A stretch of 64,000 nucleotides of DNA from Trichoplax adhaerens (Eukaryota; Animalia; Placozoa), in the NCBI RefSeq assembly GCF_000150275.1, contig NW_002060954.1, positions 186,001 to 250,000 on the forward strand. The letters run 5' to 3'. Under the pieces are notes generated by a model. The model did no database searches, was not told the DNA's origin, and saw nothing but the letters and a program-made list of their open reading frames with translations. Of this stretch, positions 31,801 to 45,798 are shown piece by piece. The stretch's first letter is position 1, and every line of letters begins with the position of its first letter. A program made the translations under genes and the position numbers.

Positions 31801-34800
31801 TTGTAAAAATTTTGATTCTAGATCTATTTGCTCTACGCTTGCATAATGTATATTATGTGATTTTTTTTGAGTTCCCTAGTATCTTTTTATTTTAGTTGAT
31901 ATTTATTACAATAATCACACTAATTGCGATGACTCCTTTTTATCTAAGAAATGGAATCAAAATTGACTATTTTTAACATGCAGGACCTTTAAAAGAGGTA
32001 CATTTGCCGAAGAGTGCAGATAGGAAGGGAAACATCGGCTTTGCTTTTGTTAAATTTGCTACTCCAGCAGATGCCATTAGAGCTGCAAACGACTTAGACG
32101 GCGCAATTTTTCTTGTTAGTTCAAGTAAATAAAATTAACTTGTATCCATTTCAACCTGCTAGATATAGCATTAATAATGTTTGTAACCATATAGTCATAT
32201 TTGTACAGTAGATTCATTTTAGTGTGATGTTTACTTAATGAAAATCGATGATCATAAACCATAATATACTAAATTAATCTGTTACTGTACCAACGGAAAG
32301 TTAATACTTTTTTATAATTATACATATCATGTCGTACAGACCTGCAGATAACTTGCCATAAATCTTTTGCAATACTAACGTAATCAAATGCTACAATTGT
32401 TAAAGGGTAGAATTATACATTTGCTGCCGGGTAGAGAAGATTATTCCACCTCTAACTCCAGTAACGATAATCGTTAGTAGTTTTTTATTTACGAAATTAT
32501 TACGTAACACTTAGACCACGTTATCCAAATGTCAAAGCAAGCTTACCAGCTTACGTGCTTACCTAATACCGAAACGCTATTTTAGTTGAAACCGGATCCA
32601 GTCTGACGTCTAAATCATATAAAAAAAACGCCAATAGCTCCCGTAAGAAATTAAGTGAAAGGTAATGAAATTTTGCATTGACGCACTGCAAATTAAATGA
32701 ATGTTCGCTGCCCTTTCATTAAGCAAGTATTCATTACCTATAGTCCACACAATTGGAATTCTCTATTCTTGAATCAAAACGCTGTTCTCGATGCTTTGGC
32801 CTCAAAACTTGATGCTGATAAAGCTAAAATACTAGATACTGTAAATCACACATAAGAGTACACTATAGATCGAATGTAGTAGTCTTGTGGTGTTCAATTA
32901 GCGAATGTTTATTTCTATCTTTAGGAAATTGATCAAAGTATGGCTGTAAGATTAGCTTTAGGAGAAACAAAATTAGTGGCAGATACCCGTAGTTTCTTGA
33001 TGTCTCATGCTGTAAATCTAGAATCATTAACAAAAGTAAGCAGTAAACCGATTATATAGGTATATGAATTATAATAACACCAGTAGACAAAGTATGGCAT
33101 ACGTATCATACAAAGCGAAGGTAGTCATAAAAATCTGACTAGCTTGCTTATTTATGTATATATTTTAGCCTTGTAAAGAGAGAAGTAAAACAGTCATTAT
33201 TGTTAAAAATTTACCTTTTGGAACCAAGAAAAACGAACTCTGCGAACTTTTTTCGGAGTATGGATCAATTGAGCGTGTAATTATTCCGCCCTCCGGTATC
33301 ACAGCACTCGTTGAATATACCAAAGATATCGAAGCTAGAAATGGATTTCGAAAGTTGGCTTACAGCAAGGTAATATTTGATATCATCTCTTTTGCTTAAT
33401 GAATCCGATACAGAACCCTCAATATTATGAGTATAGTATTATGACTGCAATAATGAAGTCTTTCGTCTTGTCTGTGTAATAGTTTAAAAGCAGTCCACTA
33501 TATTTGGAATGGGCGCCCATTGATGTATTTAATGCAGCTAGTGGATCTTCAATTGATAATAACAATGGGATTGATGACTCCGCAAAGCCTCCTAACTGCG
33601 AAATCCTCAGTACAGTATTATTTCTGTCCATTACTCATAGCATATGTGATTATGTCTGTAGTTTGTAAAATGTATAAATCACTGTATCTACTTATTTGTG
33701 GACGAAGATGGGAAGGTAGATGCCAAGACTCAAAATTTACAGCGCACAATTTTTATCAGAAATCTAAATTTTCAAACTGATGAATGCCGGCTACGTAAGG
33801 TATATCATTTGTATTTTAGACTTGGTTCTGGATTACTTGCACAATTAACCAATAAATTCTTTCAGGAATTTCGAAAATTTAGTGAACCCGTGAGTGTCTT
33901 TATTCCAAAGAAAAAGACTTCGAATAAGCCGCGTATGCATATACCTTTTTTTCCATTCAATGTCTCTAACGAATTATTAAACCCGAGTGCTCTAATAGAC
34001 ACTAATCATCTTTAGATCAAAAGATTTCTATGGGTTTTGGATTTATAGAATATAGAAACCGAGAAGATGCCGAACGGACAATCAAGGATTTACAGGTGCT
34101 CTCATTAGATATCATGCTAATTATGCTTTTCTGCCATTTGGCTTCTTCATTTATTCAGATAATTCTGATTATATTGAATGAAGCGTAATACAAAACACAT
34201 CTAACGTAGCTGCTCTTATTAGCACTGTGAGGTAGATGGACGTCGATTGGAGTTAGAAATTTCTACGTCAACACAGCATTCGTTAGTTACACTCAAGTTT
34301 GCGAAATCAATTAAAATATTTCATAATAAATCAATAAATGTTCATTTCTTACAGCCAAACTTCAACTATCAAGAAAAATATGTCTGTTAGTAACAAACCA
34401 AATACAACTAAGATCCTTGTGAAAAACTTGCCATTTGAGGCTACGAAATCAGAAGTGAAGCAAATTTTTAGGTTTGTATGCTTCAGATTGAAATGATACA
34501 ACTTGCTTCAACAAAAACTTCATCCTTGACAGTCTTATTTAATGATAATTATATATAATTAATGATAGTGTGTTCGGTGAGATAAAGTGTATAAGAATCC
34601 CTAGAAAATATGGCCAGCGAAAACAGCATCGAGGCTTCACGTTTATAGAATTCATTACGAAAGCTGATGCAAAGGTGATAAATACCTATGAATGCCACTG
34701 TCATATTCCAATTGCTATGATGGATGGCTTTGCTACTTTAATTTTGTAAAACTGTTAGCGCAACGACTTCGAAGAAAAGCAAACACTTGTGTGTTAGAAA

Positions 34801-35268
34801 TAATTCACCCTTTAATTGCAGTCTCGGCGCACCATTTCTCATACTGTACTGTGTTCACTAATTGCAATTATTAATAGAAATAGTTATATTGCCCTAAATT
34901 ATTTAAAGAATATTCGTAATAATAATGTGTATTAATGCGGTTCTAATCTCTGCTCTGTCCTTGCGTTCGCTATTCATCAAGTAATAAAGCTTTTTCTAAT
35001 TAACCATAGAGAGCCTTTACAGCTTTACAAGATAGCACACATTTATACGGTCGCCGTTTGATCTTACAATGGGCCGAAGAAGACCAGGATATCACGGCTA
35101 TTCGACAAAAAACTGCTACAAAATTTTTTACTGGTAAGGCATTCCGATGTAAAATTTTTAGCTTAGCTGGTCCGGCATGTCGTTGAAATAAAATTGGTGT
35201 ATCATTATTATAACCTATACGTTACAGGCCGAGCATCCAAGAAGGTTAAGCTAGATTATGGAGAATAA
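28842..35268 (+). CDS. RBM19: RBM19/Mrd1 multi-RRM ribosome biogenesis protein; multi-exon
   Basis: MSRLVVKNLP...LKFTEDKIFRRFAFIGY, GRLFLRNLAY, HNWNSLFLNQNAV, AVRLALGETKLV, TVIIVKNLP, PLYLEWAP, TKILVKNLPFEA, HRGFTFIEF, STHLYGRRLILQWA. Linker exons between 29.4 and 30.7 kb are less certain. Confidence 0.95.
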
Positions 35269-35742
35269 TGGTGGTTTACCTCTATGGATGCGTTTTTTAA
35301 TGTCAGATACCTACATGTTCGTTATACATGTATTAGTTATAATTATCAATGGCTATCGTTTAGCTGAATCTTCGCCTATTAAATTAAATTATTTTACTAT
35401 GCTATTTCTTGATACACTCTAAAAATAGAAAAGAGTCCTTCGCAGGATCAGAATATTTGTCAATAGTTAACTAACAGAGAGTAACAGTAACCAAGCTTAT
35501 TTCGTTTTTATGCTAAGCAAAGTTGCCGGATCGAAGTTTGTGTCGACATCAATTAAAGTATAGTGTATAGTTTAAGGTCTGACAATGTATCACATCACAT
35601 AACATTTAATAAACATTTTATCTTTCCCGGATTACAATAAAAAATAATTAATGCATCATTACTAGTTCATAGTGGAAAAATAAGGTATAATTAATTCTAA
35701 GTTATCCATGTAACATTTTTTACAAGACTTCATTTGCAATGC

Positions 35743-38700
35743 CTATACAGAAGTACACGTAACCGTTTTCGTTCCATGTGCCATTACAATAGGGGGCAAG
35801 TTCTCTAGAGATACGAATTGCATTTGATTATATATACAATTATAATAAACTGTAAACTTTTCATTATACTCTAAATATAGTCACAACAATTTCAATACCG
35901 GATAGTTTGTCAATTTCGGACAGAAAACAAGTATATTCATTCTCTCTGTTAGGTATTTGCGGTAGAGACGTGAATATAACACCTATGCATGAACACGAAG
36001 GAAAACATTAATTCGAAGCCAACACATAGGACTGAGAACAGACAACAGTCCTAAGTTGTATTAAAACAAAGCATTCCTGGTACACTTACTAGCATTACTA
36101 GAATGAGTCCGAATCAGTCGATTTACTTGCGAAGGCGTCGGATTAACGCACTGTTTCAATAAGAGAGCAAGTATTTATAACACTCCAAAGCGATATGATT
36201 ATTCATTCATTGTAGTTATACAGAAATCCTTCGAAACTAATGCGCAACTTACATTACCTGAATGCAATCGCTTCCGTGACTATTAGCATGTATTGAGGGA
36301 CTTAGTTTCGAATTAAAAGTAACAACCTTATGCACATATTGTGAGAAATGCAATTTACCGTAACATTTAAAAATAGCTATTTCTTTTACAGTCTAATGAA
36401 AACGGTCAAGTCCGCCTGTCATCAAATATGCAGTCCAACCTTGACTTCAGCAGGTATCCGTAGATCTTTTAATAGTTTCTGAATTCTATCATAAAGACTT
36501 TCCTCCATTACTTGATTATCTGTTTGTAAATATAGTAACATAGGCCCTCTTTATGATACTTTTAACATTACGACCAAAAAACAATCCGTCAATTATGAAC
36601 AAACCCGAAACAGCTAAAACACGCAGCTTTAAATTAGACCAGTGCGGCACCATATGTAAGATACAACCAAGCTGGAGTACCAAGTAATACGTGTTATCAT
36701 ATACATCTGTGGTTCATATCAATAATAATGCCTGTTACGTTCAATATCACATTAATTAATAAGGTCTTATAACGAAAAGATCATATAGCTACCAGAACTA
36801 GCACTAAAGGGCCATATATCTATAATAAAATAAATTTTCTGCTTTAGCCATCATGGTTATATAACAGTTGCGAAAATAAATATCTATCTATTATATTAGT
36901 GAAAGGTTTGTCACATAACCTACCAATGGAGCTTGATGAAATTTTTTTTAGGTTATGAAAACTGGTTATAATCATATCGGCATCACATACGCAGAAATAA
37001 AAAAGATATAGTTAATACCAATACACTGTAAACAGTAGTACTTCTGGAATTAAACACTACCACATACTTTCTTACAATCAATACATTCTTCTGCATCATA
37101 ATGGCATCTTTAATAATGCCAACATAATCATGGCTAGATAGTTGTTGACTATCCTACATAATCAAATGGTTATAAAACTTTAAAATTTTAGTATCTTTAT
37201 CCATTCAATATATATAGATTATTAATCATAATTTTCTATAGTTACATTGCATCTTAGCGAAGGAAAATTCGAAGTCAACTGTTTGAATTCATCCTCTAAG
37301 AAACGCGATAATAAAAGAATTCAAGTACAATATTCATATGTAATATACAACTGGAGTCTATAAATGCACAATAATATCGATTTATAAATAGGCTAGCATA
37401 AAAATAGGAATACCAAATGTGTCAAAATTACGATTCCGGAATAAAAAGCTGAAATGGCTAGAATTTTGTGACAGTTCCTGCAGGTAGCTTTCAGTAGTAT
37501 CGAACGGGACACTGTTGTCATAAAAACCTAATACAACAGTATTTGGCTTCATGCCTCCTAAACCTGAAGTCTACGGAAACAGATTAGAAGACCTCTTGAC
37601 ATAAAGTTAAACAACTTCAGATATACTAAATTACGCGGTAAGTTAACTCGATAGTGTACAATTAGTTGTAGCTTTACACTTACCAACATAAGGTTGCGAG
37701 CTCCATCACGGACACAATTGGCCGTGGTAATCTCCACAAAAGCTTTTAAATGGCGTTTATCAGCAAAACTTAGCCACCCAAGGAATTGAGAACGATGTTT
37801 TTCTAATGTCTATAATAAAGGCTTATGTTAAACCGATACTTAAGGATCTTATAAATGATCTTGTACGAAAAAAGTGTAGTATCATCCTACAGACTACCGA
37901 TTCACAAAAACGTCCCACAATTACATTCCCTAGTATATATAGTCCACCCTATATAAAAAATTATCAGTACAGTATTAGTTAAGCTTTTAATACTATCAAT
38001 AGAGTACATCAACGCTCTGCATTACCTTCTTTAGATTATTGATAAAATCGATCAAAGGATAACAAGAGCGAGGATTTGAGACTAACAGCAGAATCTAAAA
38101 TATTGCCGATTAGATCATATCCATATATACAATAGTGAATAATCGTATTATACATAGTAATATCCTATAACGTCGGTATTGTCTTTCTGACAGATACTAC
38201 CGAGAAATAGCAAATATCTACGATATCACACACAAGGTCATTATGCACAAATTCGTAATAGATACATACCTGCGGTCTCCAATATTTTACATGCTCTTTA
38301 CGGACATCCAGGCGCAATAAATATTTTCTGACCTAAAGGAAAGAGTCCGAACTAGGTGTTTATGAACACTGCTAATAATATACTGTTTTCTAATTACGAT
38401 TCAGAGTCATACGGGTATATCCGTAATTCTTTATTACCTGATGATAAATTACGGCTTGTGAAAGATCACCCCATGGCGTAACGGGACCACGAACGGAGAT
38501 AATTACAAAAAGGACGATCATGACGGCTATAAAGTAACAAACCATTCGTAAGTGCTACTCTTTCAATGATTGTAACATAAATATCCAATAATGTACTATT
38601 GATCAATTGATAGTCGCACGCCGTTATTTCAATTTACCAATCGATATTGTGGCATACAGGGCGTTAATAAAAAACATCAGCACCAGGCATCCAATTAATC

Positions 38701-41700
38701 CAAATAGAGCTAGAGAACACAGTGATCCCCCCCGTAAGTCAAAAATAAATGTATTCCATTAGCAAGAATAACATGTTCGTTATAGATTGCAAGTAGAATA
38801 TCAATTAGGTGTTTATTAATGTTACATTCACTCAACCTTGGTGCCAGGAATAAAATCTAAAAGTAGGCCTATTGACAATAAAATTTTATAGTAAGTTCCT
38901 CTGACAATTATTAAAAAATCATCTTCAAGCTTCTTATATACCTGAAGTTAGGTGCAGATGCAACTCTTAGTAAAAAGCATGCAAAATTTGTGGCTCCATA
39001 AGATAGCAAATAGAACATGGTAACAATTGGAGCAATAGCATTCAACTCTTTCGCAATTATTATTATCTGCGGGATTAAATCTTTCATCAATTGATATTAA
39101 TTCGATTAAAATGTATTAACAATGCTAAAATGACATAAACCTGAACAAAGAACCATGATAATAAGAGACAACGAAGAGGCTCTCCTTTCTTTGTCAATTT
39201 TGCAAACGGCCTCGTGAAAATACCTTTATACCATTTCATGACAATATAACATTAAAGATCTACACAATAGAATGGTAGAATATATATCTAGCCGGATAAG
39301 CTTCGAATAGCTCATGTATCAGCTAACATACTAGTCTAATATACCTAAAATATCATCCCGAGCAACAGCTTCGAGTATTCTTGAAGCGCCTAAGATATAT
39401 AAAGACTTTAATCATAAATAATCTCTACTACTACTGCAGGCCTAGCTGTCAATTATATCTTGCAACATCAGCCAATAAGTGAATCACTCAAAAATATCTA
39501 ACCTATCTGAGATCAGCAATTTAACAGTAAAACAAATCGTAAGTTGCAGATTATCCGTTAATCTTACCAATTAGTGTACTAAGCGCTGCAGATAAGGTTG
39601 CGGCAAAAACTCCAATGGTTATTAGAGGTGGACATAGATTAATAGCCTAAGTAGTTACTGCAACATTTAGTGTCCGCACAGAATTAATTACAATATTGTA
39701 TATCGAAAAATTTATAGCTAACCTGAATATAGTTATAATTATTCAGTAATAATCCTCTTGAACAAGTAAAACTTGTAAAAGTGACTAAAACAAATCGAGA
39801 AAGACTTTTTTGCTTAACATATAGACTTTGAGCTAGGGAAAGATATGCTAGTTAGATTAAAATAACCTAGTAAAATGTAAACTATAAATGTTACTCCACA
39901 CGCTAATAATGTTCCTAAAGGAATGGCTTTACTCGGGTTCTTTAAATCTCCTGAGATATTTGCGCCCGCTAACAATTAAGAAGTAAAATTTCCTCATTTG
40001 ATAACTTTATACCGATATTTAAACTAACATTCAGTAAAAGAAAACAACTTACCCATTATACCCGTACATCCGTTAAACAATACTGCAAAAACACTTTGGA
40101 AATCTTGTTTAATTCCTGTGGTAATATCCTCTGTATAATTTGACTATAGAATTATTCCAAAAAATCAAATTTTTAAATGAGTAGGTGTAAATTAGTTCAG
40201 CAGGTTTATATTACGATAGATTGTGATAATTACACATACATATAAATTTTTACGAAACGTTTCAATATCCCAGCCGGTATAAGCAAAATTTAAAACGGTT
40301 TCATTTTCATTCTATTATAAACAGTACAAAGTGAGCCTGAATTAAATAGCCTGATTCCAAATAGATACTTATTATGGCAGAAATTCACTATCAAGAAAGC
40401 TCCCTAAATCACCGGTTACTTACTAAAATTGATTGATTATTTACAGCAAAGGCTTTTTGAGCAATAAAGCTAACCTAAATATGCCACAGGGAAAGAAAAT
40501 AGCTACTTCCGCTCCTTTTGATATGTAACTAAAGCAGTGATACCGTAATATTATCAGTACATTTATAATTCTTCTTACCACAGACGAACTGATTGCTACC
40601 ATAACGGCTAAAAAAATGATAAGCGATGTTTTCGCAAAAATTCCTAGATATTGAAATCATAAAATCCAAAATCTTTACGATAGTGCAATCCGTCAGCAGT
40701 TTACGAACTGATTATACGAACGAACTTTTAATGAAAAATCCGTACCAGCACCGAAAACGCAAACTATTAAACAAAAAAGCAGAACCAGTGAGCCATAAAG
40801 GTATTGCCACCAAGTACTCCCGGGAATCGCTGTAAATTTAATACACTATAGGTTATAAATCACGTATCTCAGTACTTAAAATTATAATCATATGTAATAA
40901 AATTCTTTACTACCATTAGCTAACTCTCCATCTGGGCCGAAGTTATTTATTACAGCTTCCGTGAAACCTTGATGATATGAAATGAAAGTAAAAACTTAAC
41001 ACATCCTCAAAAACAATTGGAGATAATTTTAACAAATCTAATAAGCCTTACTGTGAATACTGACATAATAGTTAACAATACCTACCAATTACGTAAAGAG
41101 CAGAAGCGAAGACATTTGCAAAGTAAAAAATAATTCCTATTGATCCTCCCAATTCGGGACCAAGCGCACGACTTATCATAACTGCAAACATTTTCTTAGG
41201 GAAATTATCTCAACTTTGTTCTTATCGTTATATATCTACTATGTAAGAATCAATGTAATACCTATTTCTCAAATATTCTTCAATAAGGCAGGACTACATT
41301 ACTATACTGCATCTGTTTAGCAAATAGGTTATACTTTAATTTTCATAAACTCATAAATGGATGGGCTGTATAGATTTTTTAATAGTATTCCTTTACAATA
41401 AGAGGTAGATTCTGTTGAAATATGCACCATACGCAATCGCATTAAGTAATAGTCGATCAATATATCAAGATACAGTATGCTCCACCGCCTTTGACTGCCC
41501 CATTCGTTGATATAGCAGAAATTGAAAGAACAGTCATACATACTAGACCGTATGCCAGAACCAGCATTCCTATAACTGTTAAAAATCCTGCCTAAAAATG
41601 ATTAGATAATTTAAACAGTAGTCCATGGTAATATCGCTAGTAAAAACGTTTAATGATTTGGTAAAGAAGATTTTTAGTGTCCAAGACAGAGATAGATGTG

Positions 41701-43246
41701 GCACTGAAGTAAAATATAACGCCATAATTTCATCAATACAAACCTTAGGCCTTCACAACATCGAATCTACAGTACAGTATTTTTCGATACACACAAATCT
41801 ACTTTACAATCTCAGCTTACGATATATTCATAGAAAACGGGTACTAACTTGTCCAACAACAAATCCGAGACGTAAGAACAGAATAACGCTAAATATTGAT
41901 AAAATACATGGAACAACAACACCAAGAAACGTTGATAATTTTCCTTCACGATAATTTCCATCTACATTTAATCATAAAAATTCCACAGATTGAGTACAAG
42001 CAAATAATTTTAATTGTACAGCTCGGGTTTTTAAATCGCTTTATTAGCCTAACATTCTTGCAAGAACAGTTACTGTATTATGTTAATCTTCAAACTTTCG
42101 CGCTGTACTGTATAGAGTAGTGAAGAGGCTGAAAACGGTGAGCTACTGATGACTTTGTGTGCTGTACACCAGAAGTATAGTATTTAAACTCAATAATAAA
42201 GTTATGCAACTGGGATGTTACGATATTTACGTATAAATTCTTTCGTTGTTACTCAATTTTTCTATATCTACGCATAAATTTTATTTAATTTCATTAATTT
42301 AATAATTATGATCAACAAATATTAGTTATGTTAATGTACTGTAACTTAGCAACTTTATTGGTGAAGACAGTGCAGGTTCAGGTCAAAGGAAAATTTGTAA
42401 AACACATTGTAAATTCATGCAGCGGTAATTTAACTAACTGGGTATTAAAGTATCAATACAAGCTCAGGCCAATTAGTACTCGCACTAATAACACGGGAAT
42501 CAGCAATTAATTACATTATACAGTAAACCAGCCGAAACAATTTAACACTAATTTTTATTGCCACAAATGTGCTCTCGCGCAGCCGGTCATCACTGTTACT
42601 CAGCGGGAATACAGGTACACTCATGTGTACGTTTTCACTATCGGTAATGATTTCTGGCAATGTATTGTTGTATAGCTATATTGCTGAAATGCTGAAGTTT
42701 GCAGAATAACACCATGATTCACGACTGTATATGTTGCGTTAAAAGTGATAGCAAGTATACGATTATAAATTGCTGTTAATAATCAATTAATTAATAAACG
42801 CGTATACAGTGTAATTTACTTCACAGAGTCAATAACCATAACCCTTTTCGATAGAATTATTTCAAGGTATTGAATGTACAGTATGTGGTAGCTCATCATA
42901 ATGCAGTAACCAATCAGATTTTAAAATATGAAATCTGACATCTTACAATAACGCACCAATTATATTAAACTGCAGGAATATCATCAATAATTACGTAAGA
43001 TTCTCCTATTTCTTCCGATAAAGTCAATCATATCCTTATTTTACTTGTCTTTGAGAAGACTAAAATGAATGCCTTACACTGTATTACTCAAAGTATCAGT
43101 AAGTTTTACGACATTCTTTCAAGCAATTCCAAAATTTTACAGTGTCAAATGATCAGATATTAAAAACACTATGTGTAATTCTTACCATTGACATTTGAGT
43201 GGCAAGGGGAAAGAAGAGGTTGAACTTCAGTAGGCATTCCAGACAT
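35743..43246 (-). CDS. SLC12A9: SLC12A9 (CIP1/CCC6) cation-chloride cotransporter family member; multi-exon
   Basis: [36 protein letters not shown]|[28 protein letters not shown]|[58 protein letters not shown], ends [17 protein letters not shown]. The N-terminal exons are tentative. Confidence 0.93.
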
Positions 43247-43284
43247 TTTCTAATATTAAAAATCACTTTCTATTAACTGTATTA

Positions 43285-43960
43285 ACTAACTGTACAGTTA
43301 TACTGTACCAGGCTGTTTTTGAATGAAAGCACCGAGCCGCACAGTGTACTGTACGTACAGTACAGTAGGTAAACGAGTAAAACGGTGAACTTGTAGAATC
43401 TTGTAGCGTACAGTACTGTACTGTACTGTACATGCGTTTATCACGAGATTTACAGCACTGTACTGTACGAGTTGAGTTTCCTTATTATTTTTTTTCACTG
43501 TACTGTACTGTACAGTACAGTACCGATAATGTACAGTACGTACTGTACGGTAACAATACTGCTATTAACAGTCATTGGCAGTCTGGTCAACCCGATAAAA
43601 CCTATCAAGTTGTTAATTTTTCTAACCCGAAATGAGTGCAATCGCTATACAAACACTGTATCAGCGTAGAATTACTGTACTGTACTTAACCCGTATCCCT
43701 CCCGAAACTCGATAAAACCTGATCAAGTTGTTGATTTTCTAACCCGAAATGAGTCCAATCGCTATACGAACACTGTATTAGCGCAGAATTACTTAAACCG
43801 AATCCCTCCCTCGGGTTCAGGTCGGGTTTCGGGTAGCTTTTTTAAGGACACTGGATCACAATCCCTCCCTATTTTGCAAGAGTTGCTGGTCGCCGCCGCG
43901 CTTTCTACTACTGTAGTTAACAAATTATCAGGTGCAGCATACAGTACTGTATTTTACCGT
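43285..43960. promoter_or_regulatory. SLC12A9/PPTC7 bidirectional promoter region with pentamer cluster
   Basis: Divergent ATGs ~770 nt apart; pentamer arrays at 43290-43560. Confidence 0.7.
43589..43810. repeat. Tandem repeat, 2 diverged copies (~43589-43703 and ~43706-43810)
   Basis: Shared cgataaaacct..atcaagttgtt..ttttctaacccgaaatgagt.caatcgctatac.aacactgtat..gcg.agaatta...atccctccc. Copy 1 carries an extra CTGTACTGTA. Confidence 0.93.
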
Positions 43961-44019
43961 ATTAGCGAAGTTCAGTGCTACAACGCGTTAAGCAAGGTAC
44001 TAGATATTATAGATAGGCC

Positions 44020-45798
44020 ATGAATATTGTATTACGACCTTTCATAATACCACGTCAACTAGCCTCGGCAAGATACCTGATGATTCATACAGCACTTCGT
44101 TCATATAATGCGCAGAAGCAATTATTTCTTGCAACAAACTATTCCGGATTTTCGAAATCACCAAAAGAGAATCGATTTGTAATTAAACAAGAGACATTTG
44201 GAGATGACGCTTATTTCATAGTTAATAGCATTTCCTCAAGGTTCGATGTTTTTGGTAGGTACTGTATCTTTTGCAAAGACTATATCAACGTCACTAAAAC
44301 AAAATAACTGTACAGTATTACAGTAATATTGCCTCTGTACTGTATGAGTGTATGTATGGATGTGTAGTATGTACTGTACAGTATAGTACAGCACTTGCTG
44401 CAGCCTGCTGTATTGTAACAAATTCGATTTCTGCATGGTTACACTCATTATACAAATATATTTGTATATAAAAATATTAAAATAATACATTGAACAATAT
44501 ATATTTTAAGTTATCACATTTATAATATAGTTTACAGACTATCTCTCATCATGTCCATAATTATCTAACAGGTGTAGCTGACGGTGTGGGAGGTTGGAAG
44601 GAGTATGGAGTGGATCCCTCATTATTCTCTCATCTTTTGATGAAGAATTGCAAAAGCTATGCTAAGAATTATTGCGTTGACTCCGCCTTTCCTTTAAAAA
44701 TTTTAAAAACAGGCTACGATACTATGCTATCGGAACATCCAAACCTACTCGGTATTTTTAGAGCTACAGTGCTTGTTTTTACTTTATTCTAAAGCATATT
44801 CTGTGTACTATAATAATTACGAGTGTGAATATTCGTGAAATATGTCATGGCCAATAATTATAATATAATGCAACATTGACTCGAACTACATCTTAGAATC
44901 GGCTTACTTGCGTTATGACTGTATCAATAATATATAATTCGCAACTTAACGTCATTGATACTCAGAAATTTTTTTTAATCTTAATTTTAAGGAAGTAGTA
45001 CTGCTTGCGTTATGGTTATCGATAAGATTACTGGAATGTTATATTCCGTTAATCTCGGTGACTCTGGATTTGTAATCATTCGAGATCATTTTATCATTTA
45101 TCAATCAAAGGAGCAACAACATTACTTTAATGCTCCATATCAGCTAACATGCAAAACTCCAGATCAGTCGTTTCTTGGAAACATGTAAGTAAAGCAGTTG
45201 CAATAGTTCCTGTTGATAGATCAGTTTACATATACAATGACTTTACTATCAATAATATCAATATAATCGTTTACATTTCTGAACATTATTCTTATACGTT
45301 AGGCCATCAGAAGCTGATGAATATAGCTTTTTACTCAAAAGTGACGATATTATTATAATGGCAACCGACGGTCTTTTTGATAACATGACTGGAAAACAAA
45401 TATTAGATATTGTTAGTAACCAGCAGGTAAAAATATACTTGTCTTTCTTACTGCTATGCGCGTATTGCTAGAGTAATATATGATTTTCGCAAAAGCGATC
45501 TTCGATTGATTAATTGTGTTCGATTCTCGCTGTTCTATATTTAGCCATCTTATTTGTAGAATATGAGCATTATTCCAGAATTTACATTTAGCATCTTCTT
45601 AAATTTCTTTCTGATTAGAAACATAATTCTCAGAGAATTGCAAATTGTCTAGTCGAAGAAGCCCGTAAGCTAGCATTCGATGAATGCTATATATCTCCTT
45701 TTGTTAGGAAAGCTAGAATGCATGGAATTTATGCTACAGGTGGAAAACCTGATGATATCACGGTAATAGTGGCTTGTGCCAGATCACCGGTACAGTAG
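44020..45798 (+). CDS. PPTC7: Mitochondrial PP2C-family phosphatase PTC7 homolog; multi-exon
   Basis: Presequence-like N-terminus, FGDDAYF, GVADGVGGWKEYGVDPSLFS, GSSTAC, NLGDSGF, EQQHYFNAPYQL, MATDGLFDN, SPF...GGKPDDITV. Confidence 0.97.

Noticed and set aside
45790-45798. PPTC7 stop codon lies within TACAGTA, possibly created by a footprint
   Set aside because: The present C-terminal length after the DDITV motif matches what I recall for orthologs, and one heptamer can occur by chance.
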